A stretch of DNA of 64,000 nt from Eukaryota sp. TZLM1-RC (taxonomy: Eukaryota > Protista > Metamonada: BaSk clade), in the NCBI GenBank assembly GCA_040285825.1, contig JAUPSS010000003.1, positions 2,418,001 through 2,482,000 of the forward strand, written 5' to 3'. Made by a program: the position numbers and the translations under genes. Of this stretch, positions 1 to 9,777 are shown piece by piece. Under the pieces are notes generated by a model, which was given only the letters and a program-made list of their open reading frames with translations, was not told the DNA's origin and searched no databases. How positions within the stretch are numbered: the first letter of the stretch is position 1; every line of letters starts with the position of its first letter.

Positions 1-8
1 CAAGAGAA

Positions 9-1205
9 GTGTCTGAACTAAGAAGGCAACTTGAGGAACGTTCTCGTCCTCCTGCCACTCCTCAATCCATTAGCAGAGAAAACCGGAACCTCCCTCTCGA
101 TCAGAGATATGGTAACCCCCTCCACGAGTGGGACCGATTCAGAGCTGCTGCTCAAGTCAACCCTCGTAGGATTGCCTCCTGTGTTACTCCAGAGTGCTTG
201 GCCGCTCTGAGAGCTCAAGGCAGGTTTTCGTCTATGTCTGATAGTATCTCAGCTATCGACAACATTAATGAGGAGCAAATATGGGAATCAATTTTACACC
301 TCAGCCAGTATAGTACATTAGAAACGGCGAGGAATCAGTTATATAGAGTCCAGATGAATTGGAATATTCAGGACTTTAGGAATCGCTGGGGCGACTTCAC
401 TGTGAGCTTAATGAGAACAGTTTCACGAAGTACTGCCATTTCTGACGTCAGGGCAAGCGACCGTGCCTTGTATGGTCAACATTTCCTACAGCGCATTCAA
501 AACTGGGAAATTGCAACCCATATGATTGATTCTGTTGGTATTCAGGCCATCAGCGACAATCTGAGAACTGTATGGTCCACACCCAATGTTTGGCAACACC
601 ATACATTAGAACAATTTGCTGACATCCTGGCTGCTGAATACATGAGTTGGTGTTCAGCAAGATCCTATGATGAGCAAAGGGCCAACATCAGTGACAGCTA
701 TCAACAACATATGGGTCACTATGTTAGAGTAAACCCAAAGGACGAGAAACGAATAGGCAAATTTAAGCCTGCGGGTTCCAGCGTCGCCCCTGCTCAACTT
801 AACAAAAGGAGCAAGTCGCAAATTAAGAAAAAAAAAGGTAAAGCTGGTCTCTGTAGATTCTGTGGTATTCCAGGCCACACTATTAACGAATGTCCCGACC
901 CTGATTGCCAGCGATCCAAGCAATGGCGAGATGCCAACCCAGATGCAGTTCAAGCATATTTGGCAAGAGGTAGTAGTAGTAGTAGTAGAGGCAGAGGTAG
1001 ACGTAGAGGAAGAGGCAAGGGCCCTTCCAGCAGTAATAAACGTTCACATAAATATCCACTGTTTACTATAGAGCAAGATAGCTCTCCAACAAGTAATACA
1101 CCAAAGCAACGTTCAAACAAATGTTCATTGTTTACTATAGAGCAAGACAGCTCTCCAACATGTAAAACACCAAACATAAAACAAACCTCAGTCTCCAACC
1201 AGTAG
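9..1205 (+). CDS. gag: Gag polyprotein (5'-partial) with CCHC zinc knuckle
   Basis: CRFCGIPGHTINEC knuckle with basic/RG-rich flanks; frame is open to the window edge; ends at a TAG in frame with pol. Confidence 0.85.
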   Translation: MSELRRQLEERSRPPATPQSISRENRNLPLDQRYGNPLHEWDRFRAAAQVNPRRIASCVTPECLAALRAQGRFSSMSDSISAIDNINEEQIWESILHLSQYSTLETARNQLYRVQMNWNIQDFRNRWGDFTVSLMRTVSRSTAISDVRASDRALYGQHFLQRIQNWEIATHMIDSVGIQAISDNLRTVWSTPNVWQHHTLEQFADILAAEYMSWCSARSYDEQRANISDSYQQHMGHYVRVNPKDEKRIGKFKPAGSSVAPAQLNKRSKSQIKKKKGKAGLCRFCGIPGHTINECPDPDCQRSKQWRDANPDAVQAYLARGSSSSSRGRGRRRGRGKGPSSSNKRSHKYPLFTIEQDSSPTSNTPKQRSNKCSLFTIEQDSSPTCKTPNIKQTSVSNQ

Positions 1206-4200
1206 ATTAAGTGTTTAACTAATCCTTTGACTACCCGGAATCTCAAAACAGCTACAACGATAGAAACACCAAATAAACCCTGTTTCAATCATGAGTTCGA
1301 CTCGAACCCAGTCTCAGAGTCCCACAGCGATATCTTCATGGTTCGCACCTCAGATGTCGCACGCAAAAATTTAAAATTGAAATTTTCAATAAATAACTGC
1401 GAAACAGAAGGGATCATCGACACTGGAGCTTCGATATCAGTCATCACTGTTGATTTAGCAGAGAGATGCAACATGGTTAAGACTAACCATTGCATAAACT
1501 TTAAGTCTGCAAACAACATCATGTCAAAGTCTTTAGGATCAGCAGAAGGCACACTGAGCTTCAGACTCGGTAGTGTAACCCAACTAGTTCATGTGAAACA
1601 TAGCTTGGCCATCATTCCTGGCAACAATATGTTGCTAATTGGTAGAGACCTGTTGCATCACCTAGGCTTATTGAACGATGAAGGCCTCTTCATCAAGATG
1701 GATGAGGAACATCGTACATTACTTCTGCCTGAGGCTGAATTCGACCATCGAATCTCCCAAGTCTCAGATGTCGTCAACGTCCCCAGACGTTGGTTGGAGC
1801 ACATACAGTCTTTTGGTTGTACTGATAACCTCGACTGTGATAACGACAAGAAGACCTTACTTCTAACCTTGAAAGAGTTCGAAGAGACATTCACCCTTAA
1901 GCCGCATGCTGATGGGATTGACTGTCCTCCAATGGAGATCAACTTTCATGATGAAAGTATTCGAGTCAGACGACCCCCTCGTAGGTTAAACCCCGAGAAG
2001 CAGAAAGTCCCCGAACAGATCTTCGATGAACTCGTCGAGTTTGGATTTTCTGTACCATCGAACCATGAGTTCAGCTTTCCAGTATGTCTTGTGGTATACC
2101 CTGATCATCGTTAGCCTCGCCTTACTGGTGATTACAGCGCAAGGACGGAGTCAACGCCAACACTGTTCCCGTTGAACCTAATCTCCCCAGAATATCCGAT
2201 GTGCTAGTCTTCCTTTCAGAAGCCAATTTCATCGGTACCCTTGACCTCCCCAAAGCCTTTTGGCAACTGAAAATTGCAGAAAAGGACTGGGAGAAGACTG
2301 CCTTAAGCATCCCTGGCAAAAGTATCATGTTTAAACGTGCTGCTTTCGGCCTCAAGAACGTTCCTGCAGTTTCTCAGAACGTTATGGCAGACATCTTCTC
2401 TGGAGACGGTGTATTCATCTATATAGATGACATTGTTATAGTAAATAGAACTTTCAACGAGTTCCTCGGACGTCTAAGACGTGTCCTTGAGATGGCTCGA
2501 ACCCGTAGAGTTAGCCTTGGACTGCCCAAGTGCCATTTTGTGTCCTCTAGACACCCAATAAAGATCCTTGGTAGCAGATTCCAACACAAAACCAGGAGCA
2601 TAGATCCTACACGCACAGAGTCTTTACTGAATCTTCCCAGACCTAAGACTGTGAAAGACGCCCGTAGCCTTATCGGCTCAGTCAACTTCATTAGGGAATG
2701 GCTTCCCCAGGTAACCAAGCATGTTGCCCCGATCATCAAATTAACACATGGCAAACCACGTCGCTTGCAGTGGAAAGACACTCACGACTACCATCTAGCC
2801 GAAATCAAACGTCTGATCGCGGAGCATATGCCTCTAAACATACCTCCGGTGGATAACCAAGTATTTATCAGTTGCGATGCCTCCGATATAGCAGTTGGCG
2901 GTGTGATTTGGGAACAAATAGAACCCACTAAGGACCCTGGTACTTCCTTATTCAATAGGAAATGTAGACCAATCAGCTTCTTCAGCAGATTGTTGACTAG
3001 CTCCCAGCAGAACTGGCCCACGGTACAGAAAAAGCTTTATGCTATTCTTCTCATGCTTACCGAAAGTGGCTTCGAGAACTACCTCAAAGGAAGGCGCCTG
3101 ATCATTTTCACAGATCACCAAAACCTTACTTACATGCTTACCGCTCCGAACAAAAACAGAATAGTCAGAAGGTGGCTTCCCATCTTTTCTGAGTTCCTAT
3201 TTGACATCGTTCATACAAAAGGGGAAGAGAACCATTGGGCAGACATGCTAATTAGGATAGTAACGCCCCAAGACAATCATACCATCAACCATTTGGTACA
3301 TTCTAATGACCAAGAGTTTCACCCTATCTACTACACAAATAGGATTGATGAAACTGAGTCAGAGAGATGCTTCGTTGAAGATCTCCATACATTCGAGAAG
3401 GTGCTTATCCTTCAAGATAAATGCTCCAATGACCTTCCACTCTTCCAGCCATCACATCATTCCCTCATCAGGTCCATTCAAATCAGGTCCGAACAAAGGC
3501 GAGCCCTCGCTAACCAGGACACCTCGTTTAACAACTGTACTTTGGATAGTCGTCTAGATCTTTATCTAACTCCAGAGCACAAGATCGTGATTCCTCAATC
3601 ACTGGTTAAGGATACGCTTAACCTCCTACATGGACTCCCACAAGATGGCCACCCGAGTAAGGCAGAAAGTCTCCTCAGACTCAAGAACAGTGACTACTGG
3701 TGGCCTAACATGCTTTCTGACATGACCAAGCACGTCCAGGAATGCCCCTCCTGTCAGAAGACAGCAGCAGTCCCCAAACTGCATGTCCCTACAACTGGTT
3801 CCTTGTGGGCTGACAGACCATTTGCAAGAGTTAACGTCGACGTCATTGGTCCTCTTCCAGAAGATCAAGACGGCCACAGATACATTCTTGTATTTGTGGA
3901 TAGCTTCACGAGGTTCACTATTATAGTTTTCTCTTAAAGAACTCAACGCCAACCTTACTGCTGACGCTCTCATATGGAAGGTATGTGCGATATTCGGGAT
4001 CCCGTTCATAGTTCATAGTGACAACGGTCCTGAGTTCTCTAAAGCTGTCTTCGACGCTCTATGTGAGTTTTTGGGCATAGAGGTCTCAAAGTCCGTCCCT
4101 CACTTCTCTCAGTTCAACGGTTTAGTCGAACGCCGTCACCGTGACATTTTGCAGAATTTGAGGAAGCTGCTCGTAGATTTTAACGCCTACGATGCATGGT

Positions 4201-4964
4201 CAGAGTACATACCCTATGTACTATTGTTAATCAACTCATCCAAGAGTTCGATTACAGGTTACTCTCCATACGAGCTCATGTTTGGTTCAGATTTTAGCCC
4301 CAGAGCTGGCCCCGGCAAAATCATAGAGACCCTCGAAAGCTCAACGTCTGAGTCAACATACATCAAGGACATTCAATCTAAATTTGCTAGATTGAAGAAG
4401 AAACAGGAGGAAGCAGAGCTCCGTCAAGCTTCCAAGGCTCCTCCTCGTGATTCCCAAATCGAAGCCAACCCTTTTTCTCCTGGCCAATTGGTCAAAAAAG
4501 CTTCGTCTTCCACTGCTAAGTTACATGGTAATTACAAAGGACCATTCTTAGTTATTGACACACCCTCTACCTCCACAGCTGACATCAAGAATCTGTGTAC
4601 TGGTATGGTTGTTAAAGCCAGTGTGAAGCACATCCAACCTTGGCATTCTAGTTTACCAGTAGATGATGAATTTCACTCCTGGGTTGCTGCTGGCGATGCA
4701 GAAGAGCACGTGATACAGAAAGTCCTCAGTCAGGATGGTGATTACTGTCAAGTCCAATGGCCTGGCAATCATATTACCACTGAGCTGGTTTCGACTGTTC
4801 AAAACACCTCTGCCTATAAAGAATTCTCCAAGTCTATTTCTAATACTCGCTCTCGTCCTTCACGCCGTAAACGTCGTTCCGATAATATTAACAATAATGT
4901 TAATCCAACTCATATCAGGCCTCGACGCTCGAAAAGAAGAAAGGGCAGTGTTAGCCTTGGATAA
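1206..4964 (+). pseudogene. pol: Pol polyprotein (aspartic protease, RT, RNase H, integrase, C-terminal chromodomain-like segment), disrupted
   Basis: IIDTGAS and LIGRD (PR); LDLPKAFWQ, FGLKN, YIDD (RT); CDASD, FTDH (RNase H); H..GH...CPSCQ, VDVIGP, HSDNGPEF, NGLVER (IN); stop at 2112-2114, frameshifts near 2140 and 3930. Confidence 0.93.
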
Positions 4965-5099
4965 TATTTATGATAGTTTATTCATAGTTTATTAATAGTT
5001 ATTGTTTTATTGCGCCCATGCGCTTAAGTTAAGGGAAATCCTCATTCCCTTGTAATAAATTACTCTACTTTTCATATAAGGTCATGTCCCGTCATAACA
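4949..5099 (+). repeat. 3' LTR (151 bp) of the Gypsy element
   Basis: Starts TGTTA just after PPT GAAAAGAAGAAAGGG(CAG), ends TAACA (5-bp inverted termini), AATAAA at 5054-5059; the partner LTR is not in the window. Confidence 0.75.
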
Positions 5100-5559
5100 C
5101 CCGCAGATCATCATTAAACAAAATTTAAAGTGCACTCAAAGCTATCCAGATTTCTTCATTGACCAAATTCTTCTTCACCACTAACATTATGCTATATCTT
5201 CTAATTCAATTTCACTATTGTCAATAAGTCCACTGTTTTCACGTAAGTTAGCTCTGGGACACAAACCAACACCTACATTCTTCCAGAAAGTGGCCAGCTG
5301 CTCTATACAAGTTTCCTGACAAGGCGTTGATACATTTGCGGTAGATGAGGCTGATTCTTTCACAACAATAGACAATAGTATTCGTTTAGTCAGAAACTCA
5401 ACAAAAACAAAGATTCTTTTTTTTTGACTACTTTTTGTTCAAATCAAATTTTGTGAACAAAATCATGAAATTCATGACTCAAGCACCACATTCTCAAAAT
5501 CTGCCCCCTTATTTCAAAACAACTCATCACCAAATATTCAGAAAATTTCTCAAAAGAAG

Positions 5560-5960
5560 AGAGTGAATCAAACATTCATTTCACCATTCCCTTAAAAGTA
5601 AATAATACAATGCTGTTTTGTCAGTTTACTCGATTGAAAATTCTTCCAGTTCTTTCCTTTACAACTACATCAAAATTCTCGAGAAAAGCCATAGCAGCCT
5701 TACCTAAAGATCCAAGCAAGGAAAAACAAAGGGACAAAAATTATATTGGGCATGAGAATATTCATTTACAGGGGAAATGGGTTTCGCGTATTTAGCAATT
5801 TTGTATTTTTCGCCAGCAAGAAGAAGATTATTGACATCTGAGTTAATGAAATGTTCGTTAGAAGAAAGACAAGGTTCTATGGACATGGCATTTAAAATAG
5901 TAAAACTACCATATAAGCCGGGAACAACCAAATCACCACTTGTCAGACCCATAAAAAGCT
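5560..5960 (-). mobile_element. 3' fragment of a CRE-like non-LTR retrotransposon (restriction-like endonuclease region), decayed; boundaries approximate
   Basis: GDLVVPGLYGSFTIL...AGEKYKIAKY...FCPFVF resembles the RLE segments at 8994-9191 and 18027-18554. Confidence 0.7.
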
Positions 5961-6714
5961 CTGTTGTAGCGCGTACCACTAAAATTGGGGTCATCATGAA
6001 TTATTTTATGCAATTACAAAAGAATTGTATGAAAAGTTGAACACAGTTGAGGAAAAAATTGATCATATGATGACTTTGGATTTACAAAAACACATCAAAT
6101 TAACTTTTATAAGACTGTGTTTTAGTTCCAACTTGAATCATATATTTCGATCTACAAATCCTCTTATCACTAGGCCTTTGGCCCAGAAATTCAATGAATT
6201 ACGTGCAAAAGTCTTGTTACACTTACTAGGATCTAACATATTCCAAATTCCAGACCATGCTTATCTTAGTCCACATTATGGCGGTTTACGTTTGGACGAA
6301 GGCTCCTAGTCTTACTTCGTGTGTTTTTATTGGTGGATGCAGAAGAGCAATTTTTGAGTTTTTTGGAAGATTTGACGATTGAGAAGATTTATGAATGTCA
6401 ACGCAAAATTCACTGTTTTTGCATCAAATGAAGAAATTTCCAAAATTGATGTAGAAAAATGGAGTCGATGCTATCCCCAATCATTCAATGGCAATATTCC
6501 AGAAAAGAATTTTTTAAATTTAAAAAAACGCTCTTCGAACATCACACAAACGATTGACTGGAAATTACGAAAATGATCTTTATGATAATATATGCAGTTC
6601 GACTGTTTAAAAACAAGATCTTCACTCATTGATATTAGAAAAGGGTGTTTCTGAAAACAAGTCATCTGATTTTTCACTTTTTGTAACCATTGTGCCACGA
6701 AGATTTGAATTGTC

Positions 6715-6809
6715 TGTTGGCGCCCTAAGGCTAATATGTTTTGATGAGAAAATAAATCACCTTTTCCTCATTCTCTTTATCTCAACCACTTTTGCAACCT
6801 AAGGCAACA
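6715..6809 (+). repeat. 5' LTR (95 bp)
   Basis: Direct repeat of 8077-8171; contains AATAAA. Confidence 0.92.
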
Positions 6810-8076
6810 ATAATTATTGGCCATTTAGGTTATAGGTATACCACTTTGATAACACACAGCTTTTCTACAGAGGATATCTTTAGCAGATATCATGTCAGTC
6901 CTTTTCAGCCAAAACACTGACACCGTTAAAACTAACATGCAGGAACATAACAGGTATGCAATAAGCATACAAACAGTAGTAGTAGGAAAAGTAGTAGAGA
7001 ATAGTAAAACGAAAACTCGGGCTCGAGACCACCCTCCGCCCCTCCTCAAAGAAAAACGATGGAAACAGGCACGGAACCACCTCCCGCCTCTTCCAAATCC
7101 AACCAAATGCCACAAAAGGTTTCAGGAACGGGACCACACCCCTCCTCACCAAAAACGCAAATGTTTGTTCAAGTCCTGAAACTTCGACAGTCCTTCAAGG
7201 ATATGAAAAACTTCAGTCCATTTTAGACGAACTGGATGACGAAGAGAAAGAACTTCGCCAACAAATCGTGAAGGATGCGGAGGCTCATCTCGAACCTACA
7301 GATTACTGTTTGTTTGAGCAGCTCCCTCCTTTATGGAAGCAAATTCCAAAGACAGGAAGATAACTCCAGTGATGAATTCTAGAAACTCCTAACAAGGACA
7401 CGGAGCCTTACCTCGAATCAATGGACTTTTATTCATTCGAGCAGCTCCGTTCCTTACGAAGCCAAACACGAGAAAAGTCGACCAAGTTCGAGGTTACGAG
7501 TAGAAACTCCACCTCCACTATTATTGTACTACAATGCAAAGATACGAATCCTTGCTTCTCTGATATTTTTAGTCGTAAAGCCCGTACTTTAACAACAAAA
7601 GACGCCACCTTCAGGTCTCTGAGGTTTGTTACTTTGTTTACTGTTGTTGTTAATCCAACATAGACCCTGCATAATCATCAACGAATCCATTCTTCGATTC
7701 CATGATACCTTTTCTAAACGACACTAGCACGTTCTTCGTTTACGAAAAAGGGAAAAAGCAGAGCTTCTTTAAGTAACGATTAAAACATTCACAACAAAGT
7801 ATTCAAACACACAGATCTTGGAACGAGGCCCTTTTCAGTTATTGCTTACTACCTTATTCTAACATTATTGTAGGAGTTATTGTACATCAATTGTCGATCT
7901 TAAAAATGTGAAACCCAGTGTTTGTGTGAATCCCAATCACTACAAAGATAATTGTAAACAATAGCAAACATTAGAATTTAGTAGTTAGTTTTAGTATTTA
8001 TAGTTATTTAGTTATCTGTTATAGTTTTGTTTCATACTCATATAAGCTGATTTATTTTGAAAAAGGGAAGAATCAG

Positions 8077-8171
8077 TGTTGGCGCCCTAAGGCTTATGTG
8101 TTATGATTAGAAAATAAATCACCTTTTCCTCATTCTCTTTATCTCAACCACTTTTGCAACCTAAGGCAACA
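8077..8171 (+). repeat. 3' LTR (95 bp)
   Basis: Direct repeat of 6715-6809, preceded by the PPT. Confidence 0.92.
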
Positions 8172-8389
8172 TGTGTGCTAATACTGAAGCGTTTGTAACA
8201 AAATTGACATTATATTTGAATATCCCCATTAATCAATTATTATCATCGGTTCCTCAATCGAATAAGAGAACCTTAAGCTAGACAGCAAGCAGATCCATAT
8301 TTTGTAAAGGAAATATTGGTTCAATGATAGTCGTCCCATTAGTTATGAACTAGTTCAATTGAGTGTGCATGTTCAATAAATATCAATTT

Positions 8390-9191
8390 GTCCTTAAACA
8401 TAGATCTCGTAAAAAAATGAATTTCACTTTTTTGTTAAATGATGTTGTTTTTTTGCATTTTCAAGTCTACTCCAACAATGATTTCTAAAGCTCTTTTAGC
8501 TATTGGTGTAGAATATGAACGAAAAGCTTTGAGTTATTTTAGTACCAGTGATGCTTGTTTGAAGGATATTGAATACTAGACAGAATTTTAGTTCAATAGA
8601 AATAGTAAAGGAAAAAAATTAGCTAATTTAAGGTATTTTGTAAAGAAGTATCAACAATAATTGACAGAAAAAGCCGCTTCTGCAAATTTTTGAGTGGATG
8701 TTTGTGATAGTTATGCCTCTTGCTTAATCAATCAAGTACCAAAAATTTATAGTTAACTTCAAAATGACCCCTGCTTTTCTTTATCTATGTGTCTTCGATT
8801 TTTAATTTGGCCTGATAATCTTCTCCATAGTTTTATTTGTCAATGTGGAAAGACTGTCTCTCCAACCCATTTATTTAATTTATTTAATTGTAATCGCTTC
8901 ATTACTTCTAGATCAAAAATGCATAATGCAGTCCGTGATCAGCACTATTGTATGTTTAAGCCCTATTTAATTTAAGAAACTTTACTTACAATTTTGGCTG
9001 ATGAAGCTGACAGAAATCCTTATGGTAATATCCGCGGTGATCTGCCAGTTCCCGGTCTTCATGGAGCAATGATCAATATTGGAGTCAGATCTACTGATGT
9101 ATCAAACAGCTCAAATGAAAAACAGGCACCATCGTATAATTCACCCTTGTGCAGAGCTGAAGAAACAAATGTTATCAAGTATGCTTGTTAG
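8390..9191 (+). mobile_element. Scrambled fragments of family-B-like CRE non-LTR elements (C-terminus, zinc knuckle, RLE)
   Basis: SKALLAIGVEYERKAL...CLKDIEY* resembles TKALLQLGIEYENRAL...CIEDIEF* (to 20572); CQCG...HLFN...C...HNAVRDQ; RGDL...AEE...KY. Confidence 0.75.
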
Positions 9192-9777
9192 CTAAGGCTA
9201 AACCCAACCTTCCCGTTTTGGAAAGTATGACGTGATGCATCGTCTTAAATTCATTTAGTTTATATTGTATGTTGATTTTCTTATTCCGTTTCATAAACAT
9301 CTGTTCTATTTAGTTTATGATTAATTGTGCACTGAAGCCAACATGCTGAAAAATCAATAATCAGAATTCCAATTCACATACTCAATACCTTCTTTGTCCT
9401 CTTGGTTTTTCTTTATTTGGAACCTTGAGTAAAACTGCGTTTTCTTTTATACACCATAGTTTTCTATTGTCAAAAAAAGAATTGGAGGAATATTTGACCG
9501 TACCTTTTGGCTAAATAGAATCGTATTTTCTATGTTTAAAGCAATTCAGAGTCTTATTTCTATTGTTCCGAAACAGGAACAAACAGAGATTGTAATTGGT
9601 GGTTCAACATTTGAACCCGTGAATTCACAATATTTTGCAGCAAAACCTATTCACTACAAAATCTTGAAACATTGTTTTAATCAAAGAATGTTAAGTGCAA
9701 ATTCAGAAAATGTTTTGAAAGAGATATCATGGGGATTACAATCAAATGACCTCAAATTTTTCATAGTACCTTCCCAT

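Larger units (their letters stand above)
1..5099 (+). mobile_element. Ty3/Gypsy LTR retrotransposon (chromovirus-like), degenerate; 5' end lies outside the window
   Basis: Domain order gag(CCHC)-PR-RT-RNaseH-IN is the Gypsy order; polypurine tract 4931-4945 followed by a TGTTA...TAACA LTR; pol broken by a stop and frameshifts. Confidence 0.95.
6715..8171 (+). mobile_element. Non-autonomous LTR retroelement, 1457 bp, with 95-bp LTRs (terminal-repeat-in-miniature type)
   Basis: LTRs 6715-6809 and 8077-8171 (TGTTG...CAACA, 4 mismatches); PPT GAAAAAGGGAAGAA at 8059-8072; 4-bp TSD TGTC/TGTG; removing it restores the CRE sequence; no pol motifs inside. Confidence 0.9.
6005..8390 (+). mobile_element. 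CRE-like non-LTR retrotransposon family A relic, internally deleted and interrupted by the short-LTR element; boundaries approximate
   Basis: 6025-6714 and 8172-8390 align with the minus-strand copy at 18505-20333 (IRLCFSSN.NHIFRSTNPL, PHYGGL, IVPRRF.LC, 3' UTR GATAGTCGTCCCATTAGTTATGA). Confidence 0.85.

Noticed and set aside
1203-2114. TAG reassignment (alternative genetic code) suggested by in-frame TAGs in gag-pol
   Set aside because: Intact host genes end in TAG (25062, 42045, 60552) as well as TAA and TGA, and long ORFs contain no internal TAG
6718-6725. TGGCGCCC resembling a tRNA-Lys primer-binding site
   Set aside because: It is inside both LTR copies at their 5' edge, not downstream of the 5' LTR
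9532-9777. N-terminal extension in the ORF track (similar extensions on the TRIM-like, WDR27, FG-GAP and MFS ORFs)
   Set aside because: Not shared with the paralog and would bury the signal peptide; downstream ATGs were chosen instead
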